Origin: Carcharhinus longimanus
Taxonomy: Eukaryota
Direction: 5' to 3'
DNA: 64,000 nt
Assembly (NCBI GenBank): GCA_030264375.1
Contig: JASCQW010000190.1
Coordinates: 25,568,497 to 25,632,496, forward strand
This document shows, in pieces, positions 37,690 through 50,148 of the stretch; positions within the stretch are counted from its first letter, which is position 1, and every line of letters begins with the position of its first letter. Made by a program: the position numbers and the translations under genes. The notes beneath the pieces are model-generated. The model saw nothing but the letters and a program-made list of their open reading frames with translations. It was not told the DNA's origin and did no database searches.

Positions 37690-38585
37690 TGATCGGAATA
37701 TAGTGATAACAGAGCACAGCACAGTCAAAGGGATAGACACAATTTGCTACAGCCAGAAACAAGAGGCCATTCAATTAAAAACCAGAACCTCTAAGGTAAT
37801 AATCTCCGGATTATTGCCAGAGCCACAAACAGATGGGTGTAGGGTAAGTAATCAAGTTAAGGGAATGGCTCAAGGTTTGGATTGGGAGAAATGGGGTGGA
37901 TTTTGGGAAAAGTGGAAGCTGCAGCATTAGAAGGGTCTTCACCCGAACTGTGCTGGGATCAGTGTTCATGGTGACTCATGTAGCTAGGGTGGCAAAGAGG
38001 GATTTACACTGAATAGTAGAGGAGAGGATCTAGTGCATGAAGGTGTGATAATTTAAAGAGAGAAGACAAGTCAGGAGAGCAAGATAGCAATAAAAAAGTG
38101 ACATGGCAGAAAAGGGAGAAAACATACCCGAGTAAGAGTGAGCCAGCGGATAAAGCCAAAGGTTGCAAAAATAGTTAAAGGACAGAACTAATGGCTCTGG
38201 CTGAAATTTTCCAGCCCTTCCTGCCAACGGGATCTTCTGATCCTACTAATGGCTACCCCCCCACCTTGGAATGTTTGCCAGGCAGACAATATGAGGCATG
38301 CAAAATACCACAGATCAGCTGGACTGAAAGATCCCACTGCCAGCCAATGGCTGCACCCATCACTGGAAAATATGTCACAGGGGGTTGGGAAAATCTAAAT
38401 GCCTGTAGCACTCGTAACAAAACCAATGAATTAAGAGCTCAACTAGAATTGTATATATACAATCTACTAGCCAATTCAGAGACACGGCTACATGATGGCA
38501 ATGGCTGGGACCTGAATATTAAATGGGACATGACATTTTGGAAGTACGGGAAGTTAAGAAAAGGTGGAGCAGTACTGATCAACAC
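37690..38585 (+). mobile_element. CR1 LINE 5' relic (end of ORF1, start of endonuclease), interrupted by a MITE at ~38197-38398
   Basis: LKTRTSKVIISGLLPEP (ORF1 esterase-like) and NACSTRNKTNELRAQLE..YNLLANSETRL...WDLNI (APE endonuclease start). Confidence 0.7.
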
Positions 38586-39547
38586 TAGTATCTCTCCCCT
38601 TCCCCCCATCACCGCCAGCATCTCCCTCTCTCCTTCTGCCCCCAACAGTAATCTCCAGTGTCCCCTTGCACCCCCCACCCCGCCACTATTTCCTCCTCTC
38701 TTCATTGAATGCCCTCTCCCTCCCCACTACACATAAATGCCCCCTGCCACCAATGAGGCTCCCACTAGGGCCTGCTCCCTGGCACAGGCTCTCACTGCCA
38801 GGTTTGTGCTATACCAAACCGGCCATACCAACCTGCGCCAGTGGTTAGTGCCAGAAGGCAATGCCAGGTGGCAGTGCCCAGGCATGTCCCTCTCCTCCCC
38901 AGGGGCTATACTTACCATTGCACCCCCTGGGGCAGATCCCCATGACAGATTCATGTCTGGATGATCCTGTTGTAAACGTCACCAACATGATGGAATGTTG
39001 ACAAGGTGCGAAAGTATATTAAAGAGGGAAAGTGGCTGTGAGTCAGGTTCTTACCCGTTATGAGTGTGAACCTAAATACATCACCAGCAAGGGCCAGTAA
39101 AAATCAGAAATCGCAATCTTGCCAGCAAGGTTCGCGATATCTGGGTTTTGCTAGATCTTGAGCCCCCACTGCCGATCCCATGGAGATGTGTGGGCTCAAG
39201 TTCGCCGGCAAAGGTTTTTGAGGTAAGCACAATGTGGAGTTGAGGCCACAATTAGATCAGCCATGAACTATCAGACATGACGCGATGGGCTGAATGGCCT
39301 CCTCCTGTTCCTAATTTTTTTTCACAGTAACTTCATTGCAGTGTTAATGTAAACCTACTGGTGACACTACTAAATAAACTTTTAAAAAAAACCTTTTAAT
39401 TTGTTTCTAATCAAATTGGCTAGCAGCTCTTGACAGTCAGGCATCCTCCCATTGAGGGGCTGAACTCCCACTCTCATGAGGTTCATGCCATGGACAGCTA
39501 CGAGGTGGTTTATTTAACATGGCATTCGACATTTCTTCTGGGGCAAA

Positions 39548-40738
39548 AGTTTATTTTAGTTTATTTATTAGTATCACAAGTAGGCCTACATTAACACTGC
39601 AATGAAGCTCCTGTGAAAATCCCATAGTCGCCACACTCTGGTGCCTGTTCGGGTACACTGAGGGAGAATTTAGCATGGCCAATGCACCTAACCAGCACAT
39701 CNNNNNNNNNNNNNNNNNNNNNNNNNNNNNNNNNNNNNNNNNNNNNNNNNNNNNNNNNNNNNNNNNNNNNNNNNNNNNNNNNNNNNNNNNNNNNNNNNNN
39801 NNNNNNNNNNNNNNNNNNNNNNNNNNNNNNNNNNNNNNNNNNNNNNNNNNNNNNNNNNNNNNNNNNNNNNNNNNNNNNNNNNNNNNNNNNNNNNNNNNNN
39901 NNNNNNNNNNNNNNNNNNNNNNNNNNNNNNNNNNNNNNNNNNNNNNNNNNNNNNNNNNNNNNNNNNNNNNNNNNNNNNNNNNNNNNNNNNNNNNNNNNNN
40001 NNNNNNNNNNNNNNNNNNNNNNNNNNNNNNNNNNNNNNNNNNNNNNNNNNNNNNNNNNNNNNNNNNNNNNNNNNNNNNNNNNNNNNNNNNNNNNNNNNNN
40101 NNNNNNNNNNNNNNNNNNNNNNNNNNNNNNNNNNNNNNNNNNNNNNNNNNNNNNNNNNNNNNNNNNNNNNNNNNNNNNNNNNNNNNNNNNNNNNNNNNNN
40201 NNNNNNNNNNNNNNNNNNNNNNNNNNNNNNNNNNNNNNNNNNNNNNNNNNNNNNNNNNNNNNNNNNNNNNNNNNNNNNNNNNNNNNNNNNNNNNNNNNNN
40301 NNNNNNNNNNNNNNNNNNNNNNNNNNNNNNNNNNNNNNNNNNNNNNNNNNNNNNNNNNNNNNNNNNNNNNNNNNNNNNNNNNNNNNNNNNNNNNNNNNNN
40401 NNNNNNNNNNNNNNNNNNNNNNNNNNNNNNNNNNNNNNNNNNNNNNNNNNNNNNNNNNNNNNNNNNNNNNNNNNNNNNNNNNNNNNNNNNNNNNNNNNNN
40501 NNNNNNNNNNNNNNNNNNNNNNNNNNNNNNNNNNNNNNNNNNNNNNNNNNNGGAGAATTTAGCATGGCCAATGCACCTAACCAGCACATCTTTTGGACTG
40601 TGGGAGGAAACCAGAGCACCTGGAGGAAGCCCATGCAGACACGGGGAGAATGTGCAGTCTCAGCATAGACAGTAAATCGAACCTGAGTTCCTGGAGCTGT
40701 GAGGCAGCAGTGCGAACCACTGTGCCACCATGCTGCCT
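39548..40738 (-). mobile_element. Type-2-tail V-SINE sequence on both sides of a gap
   Basis: Tail TTATTAGTATCACAAGTAGGCCTACATTAACACTGCAATGAAG at 39561, head CACTGTGCCACCATGCTGCC at 40738. Confidence 0.8.
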
Positions 40739-42902
40739 GAAGGTGGGCAATATGCCCCTTCTCCTGCCCATAAAATTCTTTTGTGCTCCAATCTGAAAGC
40801 CTCACAAGTTGGCCATGTTTGGTAAGAAATAGCAGGACTATGGCTCATAATTTTCCTATCACTAAACTAATGCCTACAATACATGTGGTTGCTGGTTGAT
40901 GCTCCCTACCCTCGTATGACAGCATTCCAGACTTTAAAACATTTTCCATTCCCAATGTGTTTTGTGGTGTTTTAAGCATTTTAGTAATAATGGAAGTAAT
41001 TATTTTGCTGAATCCCTTCCTTCCGGTTAATGATTTTGCCAAACCAAAGAAAGTTTCATTTTGAAAGATAATTAAAAGATGTAAGAATAACACTTTTGAG
41101 CATTTATCAATATAATTATCACAGCAACCATTGGCACTCCGGGTGAAACTCATTAAATCATTGTTAAATACTATGCTCTGAACGTAATTCCTTCCAAAAG
41201 CAGATATGTCATGTTTCAAAAATAAAGGAGTCTTGCAGGCAAAGATTACTCAACATGATTAATACAGTGAACGCTTTAGGAGAATGAAAATACTTCAATA
41301 TTGGTTCAGCTCAGATGCAATATCAGCTGGTAAACAAAACATGGAGGAGTTTTTCAATGAAGGAAAGTGATATATGGAAATGGCTTGCTTTTATTTTGTC
41401 AGTTTAACTCCATGAAAATCAAAACATTGTTTGGCTCACAATGAGATTCAAAAAAGTCAGCTTGTTTTTTAAGAACTGAAACAAATAAAAACGTTGTTGC
41501 TGTCCCATNNNNNNNNNNNNNNNNNNNNNNNNNNNNNNNNNNNNNNNNNNNNNNNNNNNNNNNNNNNNNNNNNNNNNNNNNNNNNNNNNNNNNNNNNNNN
41601 NNNNNNNNNNNNNNNNNNNNNNNNNNNNNNNNNNNNNNNNNNNNNNNNNNNNNNNNNNNNNNNNNNNNNNNNNNNNNNNNNNNNNNNNNNNNNNNNNNNN
41701 NNNNNNNNNNNNNNNNNNNNNNNNNNNNNNNNNGCCAGTGTACCTAACTAGCATGTCTTTCGGACTGTGGGAAGAAACTGGAGCACCTGGAGGAAACCCA
41801 CGCAGACATGTGGGAATTATCACAATTGGAATTAAATGCTCCCCACAAACAAGCAATAAAAACAACAAATTATATTTGCTGCTAGGTATCCTGGGAGGAA
41901 AATAAAGCAGGCAAAACCTGAGGAAATTGCAATTTTAACATAAAGAATTAACTGCAGGTCAGAATTCTCCTGCCATTCACGCTAGTAGGATCTTCTGGTC
42001 CCACCAATGCCATGCCCTGGCTGTGGGTTTCCTGGCAGTGTGAGATGTAGTCAGTGCAAAACCCCAATGACAGCGATGGGACTAAAAGATCCGGTGAACA
42101 GCGCACTGCCTTCTGCCGCGGGAAACACACTGCGGGGAAGCCAAAGAATCTGAGTTACACAGAGCCGGTAAATGGAATATCTATATACAATTTATTTTAA
42201 GATCCATCTTTCTCTTTATACTATTCCATGCTGTTAAAACTACTTAGGAGTATGTGGAATTCTTCCACTAACTGCTAATCCCTGTTTGAAGTCCATTTTG
42301 ATGTTTCCTCATAAAGGAAAAATCAACTTCCCAGAGGGGTTACAGAAAATCACACACCGGCCAGGGCGACACTCCATCAAGAAATCCAATCTTCATGAGC
42401 AAACAAAACCAAACTTTCATGTAAGAAATTGGCAACAATATTGAAGCAGTTAATTATTCATCAAAACTCATCCCATTTGTTACACTTCCTGTTGTATCAC
42501 ACAAAAGAAAATTGGGAAATTTTACGTATTATTATTTTTAATAGTTTGGGACAGCTACACCTGCAATACATAGGCTGAGTGTACAATTAATTTGCTGCGT
42601 TATTAACAATACATTAGCTATGATTATGCCATCAGTGCTGCAAGTCAATCATACTGTTATTTTCATGTTTTAGAGTGACCGGGCCAATTTGACACAGTTG
42701 CTCTTGTAATAGAGGGCTTTGTCTGCCAAGAAGACAGAACCAGGAAATCATGGTGCATGCTGTTCACAATTTTATGAATATTAAAATTCATGGGTGGAAA
42801 ATTGTGGCAGTGCACCTACAATTTCCTGGCTTTGTGCTTCCTCTGAATAAGGCACCATGCCAGCCACACACATCTATAAAATTGGCTTTTGCAAGTAAAC
42901 TG

Positions 42903-43004
42903 CTGGATTGCCATATACCTCCTCTTGTTTCTAGCTATGTGGGATTGGCTTTGATTAATACTTGGATGGGAGTGTCAAGTACCACAGGAACATTTGGCAG
43001 TAGG
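42903..43004 (+). pseudogene. Degenerate 5S rRNA-derived sequence, copy 1
   Basis: GCCATA...AGCTATGTGGG...TACTTGGATGGGAG (14 nt identical to the 5S box C region)...GGAACA...GCAGTAGG, colinear with 5S and with an internal deletion. Confidence 0.6.
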
Positions 43005-43939
43005 AATTCCCACTGTTGCTTTTTTCTTGATACCTCAAATTATAAATACATCCAAGAAGAAAATCCTCAGGTTGCTGTTTCCAGCAAAATACCAGGGGAA
43101 ATCCTCCTTAGGCCTTGGACCTCAGAGCTCATCTCAATAATCGGGTGAGCTGTCACACCTCTCCTGCACCACTCTCCATCCACGCTCCAGCTCCTCACTC
43201 CAACGTCTTGCTACCTGGCTCACATTCAGGTGCATTGAGCAATGTGAAATGCCCACACTGGCACTGAGGAAACAAATTAAATTTGCCATGATAAGTTAAG
43301 TCATTTCAGGTCTTTAATGGTGTGGCAAATGTTAATCACTGCCGGACAACCTCGTTGGTTCTAAAATTAACTATTTTTAAAATTTGTTCATGAGATATGG
43401 GTATTATTGATAATAGTATAACTCTTTCAGGTTTTAATTGTTGAACACCATAATAAATAAATCTTTTCTCTCTTTTTCTTTCTGTCTTTTTTCTCTCTTG
43501 CTCTCAGTTAATTTAATATTACAAAGATATGCGGTGTAGAATATTAATTTGCAATATCACCTACAATATATAAAATACATATGTATAGAACTTTTTGAAA
43601 AGAATATTTTATGCTAAACAATGGACATTCGCCAATAGCAGTTAATAGGTTCCATTTGTGAAGGCCACAAGCCACTACATGGAGTCTACACAGCTCTCAG
43701 AGATACTGGCTAAGATGAGTGCCAAACTGAAACCAGACAGTGGTTATGTGACCAAAGGTTTAGATTTGACCTAACAGACACTGTCACTGGGACAGTAAGG
43801 GCAACAGCCTTACACCATCATCCCTCCTCCCCCCACCCTTTGAAATCTCCCTCACCAAAGCTGAGCCCAGTTTGAGGTTTGATAACCCACCAGCAGACCT
43901 CACGCATCTATAAAATTGGCTTTCGCAAGTAAACTGCTG

Positions 43940-44038
43940 GATTGCCCCATACCTCCTCTTGTTTCTAGCTATGCAGGGTTGGCTTTGATTAATACTTGGA
44001 TGAGAGTGTCGAGTACCACAGGAACACTTGGCAGTTGG
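43940..44038 (+). pseudogene. Degenerate 5S rRNA-derived sequence, copy 2
   Basis: CCATACC...AGCTATGCAGGGTTGGCTTTGATTAATACTTGGATGAGAG versus 5S AGCTAAGCAGGGTCGGGCCTGGTTAGTACTTGGATGGGAG. Confidence 0.6.
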
Positions 44039-45554
44039 AGTTTCCATTGTTTCTCTTTTTATCTCAAATTATAAATACATCCAAGAAGAAAATCCTCTGG
44101 TTGCTGTAAAGCAAGAGTTCTTGAAGGAGAATTCAAATTCAATATTGCTGTTCTCAAGAGAAATGAGGATCGACCTGTCACCACTGCAGGGTAACTGCTT
44201 CAGTGAGAAACAATAGTGCCAGCAGCCAATGTGGAAAGTGACTCTGTCAAACTGTGAAAAGCTTTTCTGGCTTTATCTTTTTCACTCAGCCAATGTTTAA
44301 CATCTGATACTCTGTAAAGCTTTACTACTTTTGTGCAATGCCTGGGGAAGTTGAGTGTGTGTTTTTTGCATTAAGGGGAAGTTAGTCATATTTATAGATT
44401 TGAAACCCTTCTTGTTATTTTTTGTATCTATAGCTGAGTGAGTTTTAGTAATAAAGCTGACTCCTTACTTGTAAACTCAATGAATCTGACTGACTGAATT
44501 CTTACCCTATGCTGTACACACTTAAATACATTGTCGGTATTTTACGAACTCGCTCGGGGAAGGCTCATAAAATCCTGCTTGAGGCCAATGGAGAATTCCG
44601 ATTTTGGGACAGACCTGCCGGTAAAATTCCAGCTAATTTGGCATCGCAATTTTTAAAAATTCAAAGTCTGTTATGACCAAACCAGGAGTGGGGCAAAACA
44701 AGACATTAGCTCACCCTTTCCACCCTGACCTGTTTGTAACACTGATCTTGTTTTCTCTCCTTATTTCTCGACCTGTACGTGATTTAATATTAAATTCACC
44801 ATTCCAACACTGCTTTCTCAGTCCTCATAACGTGAACTTCATAATCCTTCAATCAGTTTGGTTGAGGAGGTATACAGGTGTTTTCCCTATTCCCTGAAAG
44901 TGTAACTCATTGTTTCCATATCACACCACCAGCAACCTGCAGTGGGAAATAAACAGGTAAGTATGTAGGTCCATATATCCAAGGATTCACAGCTTTCATT
45001 TGCACAGTTTAATAGCAAAGTAATGGCAGGCCAGAGTGCAATATACAAATAGATGCCAATTCCTGCTACAATGAACATTTGGGGAAATTGATGCAAGGGA
45101 GTAGTTCTGTTTGATAAATACAGCCATTAATTATATACTTTCCTCTCCATTCTCTCCAGCTACTCTTTGGCTTAAAATGGAAGCTAACCATTTCTCTTTT
45201 CACTGTATTGTTAATATTATCTTTTTTCTCTTCAGTGATGGTGCCTGGAGAAATGAATTGGTTCAAGCTAAGTAAGTCTTTACATCTCCTGGGGATATAT
45301 ATAGCAAGGGCACCATTTGTGAGGAGATGTGATTATGATATAGCCTGGAGAGTATAATTTATTTTCATCCTGTGAATTAGAGTGCTCCTGGCTCATGGAA
45401 CTTTCTACAATTGTGACCTAAAGGTTATCTATCCAAAGGCACTGATAATGGAGGCATAACGTTCACTGCTTCGACTTCTGAACATTGTGAAGAGCACAGC
45501 CATTGAGAAATCTATTCCCTATAGTCTTTGATCAGCTCATCACATATGGTTAAA

Positions 45555-45870
45555 AATGTTTTTATTCATTTGTGGGACGTGAATACCATTGGCCAGCATT
45601 TATTACCCATCCCTAGTTGCCCTTGGAGGGCAGTTGAGAGTCAACTACATTGCTGTGGCTTTTAAAATCACAAGTAGGCCCAAACAGGTAAGGACAGCAG
45701 ATTTTGTTCCCTAAAGGACATTACTGAACTGGATGGGTTCTTATGACAATTGACAATGGTTTCATGGTCAGCAATAGATTCTTAATTCCAGATATTTTTA
45801 ACTGAATTCAAATTCCACCATCTGCCCAGAACATGAGCTGAGTTTTTGGATTAATAGACTAGTGACATTG
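45555..45870 (-). mobile_element. Deu-domain SINE
   Basis: TTTATTCATTTGTGGGAC...CATCCCTAGTTGCCC...CCCTAAAGGACATTACTGAAC...GAATTCAAATTCCACCATCTG. Confidence 0.78.
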
Positions 45871-46145
45871 TTAGCAGGACTGCCTCACAGCACCAGGGAC
45901 CCGGGTTCAATTCCGGCCTTGGGTGGCTGTCTGTGTGGAGTTTGCATGTTCTCCCCGTGTCTGTGTGGGATTCCTTTGGGCGCTCTGGGCTCCTCCCAAA
46001 GTTGGAAAGACGAGCTGGTTAGGTCCATTGGCCATGCTAAATACCCCCTCAGTGTACTTGAACAGACACCGGAAAAAGTGGCGACTCAGGAACTTTCACA
46101 GTAGCTTCATTGCAGTGTTAATGTAAGCCTACTTGTGACACTAAA
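45862..46145 (+). mobile_element. Type-2-tail V-SINE
   Basis: GTTAGCAGGACTGCCTCACAGCACCAGGGACCCGGGTTCAATTCC...TTCATTGCAGTGTTAATGTAAGCCTACTTGTGACACTAA. Confidence 0.85.
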
Positions 46146-47507
46146 AGAAAAAATGGGCCAGAAAGTGAATGCAGGTCAACAAGGATATGATGATTGGTGA
46201 AAAGAACTTAGTACAGGATAGGACTCAGGTAGGATTGCTTCAGTTTTTCCTCATGGTACCTTTGGCTCACATAGTATTCCATCCTACTGCAACCAATCAA
46301 ATTTAACCATACAAGCTAAATGAATGCAAGTGACAAGCACCCCTAATCATGAGCAAACTCACCACAACATGTTGTCATTCAGAGAGAGTATTATCGGCTC
46401 GGCAAGCTGTTAGCAAACATCCTTTTACTGAACTCCCAGTGATCCAAATTGACTTCAATCTTGCAGTTAAAATGAAATTATTGTCACACCTCTTGAGAAT
46501 TCAAAGACAGAGATGACTTTATTCAAGCATTGGGACCTCTGTGGAAATGCTATCAAGTGGAAAATGACTATATTGGTAGTTATGTAACAAGAGTTGAACA
46601 CTGGGCTGCAGTATAGAGTTTGACATTGACTTTTCATTTCAGTACAGTGGAGATAAATGCACCATCCCACAGTAAGGTGATCCCTGCAGTAAGTGCAAGC
46701 TGTTGTCGAGTACAGATGGAAAGGTCAATTGGTGTAGAAGAGAGGTGAGTACTTAGAGAGGTTAGGAGTAATAGTCTGTATGGTACATAGAAAGATTTCA
46801 GTCCGCCTTCTTTTGAGACAAATGATTGTGTGGCATTTACAAGGACACAGTACACTAGAAATATCTTCACAGATCAGGAAGATAAAACTTCCCTGGCTCA
46901 TCTGTAAGAACACACTGAACATTCTACCTTTTACTTAGATATTCCCAAAGGCAATATTAATATGCTAAATTAACTTTTCTCAGATAGGAAATACTTCTTC
47001 ACCATGAAAATTACCATTATTCCTGAAACGAATGATGGCTACATACGTTAAACATCTTCAAGTGTCTTTTTCTGTTCCAAATATTTGTGAGACAATCCCC
47101 AAAGAAATCTTGACTCCTCGTTTTTATTTTTCTTTATATAGCACCTTGCTCATTCAACACTGCCTGTTTAATATGTAACTGGTTGCAAATATTCTTTCTT
47201 TTAGCCTCTTCCCTTAGAACAAATTCGGAACAAAACACCCCCATAGAGCCAATGGACTAACCCAACAGCCAAACACTTCCATTGAGACAGTGGACCAACC
47301 AACAACAAAACACCCCCGTAAAGACAGTGGTCCAGTTTACTCCTGAATTGGGAGGGTGGGGGGTGGTACTGTGCTCTGAAGTAGCTATCCTGCCACTCCC
47401 TTACATTACTTCAAACTATGCATGCATCTTTTGATCTTTCTTTTGTTTAAGGCAAATACAGCAAGTCACCATGTCAACATTACCCTTTTGGGCAACTGCA
47501 ACATATT

Positions 47508-48470
47508 CATAGAATATTCCCTATTGTGCAGAAAGAGGCTATTCAGCCAATTGAGCCTGCACCATCAACTATCCCTCCCAGGGCCCATTCCTACAAACCC
47601 ATGTATTTACCCAGCTAGTCCGCCTGACACTAAGGGGCAATTTAGCATGGCCAATCAACCTATCCTGCACAAAGTGGATAGAGCCATAAAGAAGGCTTAT
47701 AGTGTGTTAGCGTTTATTAACAGGGGGTTTGAGTTTAAGAGCCGTGGGGTTATGCTGCAACTATANNNNNNNNNNNNNNNNNNNNNNNNNNNNNNNNNNN
47801 NNNNNNNNNNNNNNNNNNNNNNNNNNNNNNNNNNNNNNNNNNNNNNNNNNNNNNNNNNNNNNNNNNNNNNNNNNNNNNNNNNNNNNNNNNNNNNNNNNNN
47901 NNNNNNNNNNNNNNNNNNNNNNNNNNNNNNNNNNNNNNNNNNNNNNNNNNNNNNNNNNNNNNNNNNNNNNNNNNNNNNNNNNNNNNNNNNNNNNNNNNNN
48001 NNNNNNNNNNNNNNNNNNNNNNNNNNNNNNNNNNNNNNNNNNNNNNNNNNNNNNNNNNNNNNNNNNNNNNNNNNNNNNNNNNNNNNNNNNNNNNNNNNNN
48101 NNNNNNNNNNNNNNNNNNNNNNNNNNNNNNNNNNNNNNNNNNNNNNNNNNNNNNNNNNNNNNNNNNNNNNNNNNNNNNNNNNNNNNNNNNNNTAGGCACA
48201 TGGAGCACTCCAGAATGATAGGGAGTGGGATAGCTTGATCTTGGGTTTGGATGTAGCTCGGCACAACATTGAGGGCCGAAGGGCCTGTTCTGTGCTGTAC
48301 TGATCTATGTTTCTATCTTTGGACTGTGGGAGGAAATTGGAACAGCCATAGAAAACCCATGGAGACACAGGGAGAACATGCAGACTCCATACAGATAGTT
48401 ACCTTAGGCCAGAATTGAACCGGGGTCCCTGGAGCTGTGACGCAGCAGTGCTAACCACTGTGCTGCCAAA
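47508..48470 (-). mobile_element. HE1 V-SINE split by a CR1 insertion
   Basis: The SINE 3' half at 47508-47670 ends CCTATCCTGCAC, and the 5' half resumes ATCTTTGGACTGTGGG at ~48315. Confidence 0.82.
47671..48314 (+). mobile_element. Young 5'-truncated CR1 LINE
   Basis: KVDRAIKKAYSVLAFINRGFEFKSRGVMLQL, with tail GGGCCGAAGGGCCTGTTCTGTGCTGTACTGATCTATGTTTCT. Confidence 0.85.
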
Positions 48471-49840
48471 TTGTAGACGCTAAAATGAACTTGAAGCATT
48501 TTCTGGTTTTAATTCTGATTTCCAGCTGCGAGGCCACACCTCCAGGTCAAAATGCAAGCAGTGTGATTCCTCAAAGTAGACAGAAACAGTTTTATCCATA
48601 CTTAGTTTGGTGAGGCCCTCAATCAAAACTCAATTCCATTTTCTTTTGCTTTCAGTGGTATTGATTCAGAGCTTAATCACACTGCAACTACTTCCAAGTA
48701 AGAGGTTTATACAAAATAAATCTCTGTTTGGGATTCTGCAGCGTGGAACTTGTGATATTTTTGTGTCAGATGTGAAGGTATCAGTGTTGGACAGCCTGTT
48801 GCTGTGTGTGTGCTGGTATCTGAGAGTTTGGAGGAGTTGTGTTACTTTATTCACCTGTGCCCTTTGCAGCCATCCTCCTGCTGTTAAAAATAAACCACTT
48901 TGCCTCAATCTCACCACAGATGCATCCACTCTGACACGCATCGAGTAAAAGATAGAGGACTTTAAGTTGTCCACAGCCTTCCTTTTGAACCCCCATATTG
49001 TTTTCCCTTTCATTTCGTTTATCTGGAGCCACCCTCACCCCCCACCCCCCCCCCAACCCCCCACCTCAGTCTCACGGCCTTGACTAAAACCGATAAATAC
49101 ATTAAGTCCAGGTTGAAGTTTTAAGAATACAGAAAGATTTGGATTGGAATTTCTGGTTGTGCCCGTCCCAAGGTTGGAAATTCCCACCTGAAGTCAACGA
49201 ACCTTTAAATGGTCCTTTCCATAGCACTCGCCCGATAATGGTCTGTGACCATTCTCACGGCAGGTGGGACTGGAAGGTTTGTCCACTTCCAGCCGCATCA
49301 TCTGCAGGCTACTAACTCTATATATGTTCCGAAAAGATGTAATCAATGATAAGCTAGTTAAGTGTGTGAAGGAGAAAGGAATAGAAGGTTATGTTCGTAG
49401 AAAGTATTTGAGGCCAAAACGTTGTGCGATTTCAAATAGAAATTAGATAGAGCTGTTGGGGTAATTGGATGAAGGGATATGGGGGAAGGCGGGATCAGGA
49501 TATTGAATTTATTGATCAGCCATGATCATAATGAATGTCAGATCTCAAAGGGCCATACAACCTATCCTGGTTTCTAGTTTCTGTGAATGTGTTAGGATTA
49601 GGAAGTAGAGTTTAGAGCTTAAATATCAACATTGATCTTTTGTGTCAAATGGCTGGTTTTCATTGAATCAAGTCTATATAATTTGAATAGCAGACCAGAT
49701 TGTACTGTGGCAACTCACCAAGGGTGCTTCTATACCATCTCTCTGTGACCCCTGTAAAGCAGGACAAAGGCAGCAATGTTATGGGAACACCATCATTGTT
49801 AGGACACAGAGCATCCACACTGGATCAAAAACATGGCTAA

Positions 49841-50148
49841 AGTTTAAAGCTTATTTATTAGTGTCACAAGTAGGTTTACGTTAACACGGCAATGAAGTTA
49901 CTGTGAAAATCCCCTAGTCACCACATTCTGATGCCTGTTCGGGTACACCGAAAGTGAATTTATCATGGCCAATTCACCTAACCTACACATGTTTGGACAT
50001 GGGAGGAAACTAGAGCACCCGGAGAAAACCCATGCAGACACGGGGAGAATGTGCAAACTCCACAAAGACAGCGACCCAAAGCAGGAATTGAACCTGGGTC
50101 CCTGGTGCTGTGAGGCAGCAGTGCCAACCACTGTCATCGTGCCGCCCC
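49841..50148 (-). mobile_element. Type-2-tail V-SINE, full length
   Basis: TTATTTATTAGTGTCACAAGTAGG ... GCAGCAGTGCCAACCACTGTCATCGTGCCGCCCC. Confidence 0.87.

Larger units (their letters stand above)
42871..44107 (+). repeat. Direct repeat pair of ~205 bp (42871-43078 and 43905-44107)
   Basis: Both copies run from CATCTATAAAATTGGCTTT to CCAAGAAGAAAATCCTC.GGTTGCTGT, with scattered substitutions and unrelated sequence between them. Confidence 0.9.

Noticed and set aside
39663-40590. GGAGAATTTAGCATGGCCAATGCACCTAACCAGCACATC repeated on both sides of a gap
   Set aside because: It is SINE-internal sequence. Without the gap sequence I cannot tell two copies, a TSD and an artefact apart.
43705-43725. 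TGGCTAAGATGAGTG resembling the U2 5' region
   Set aside because: Too short, with no supporting U2-like flanks.
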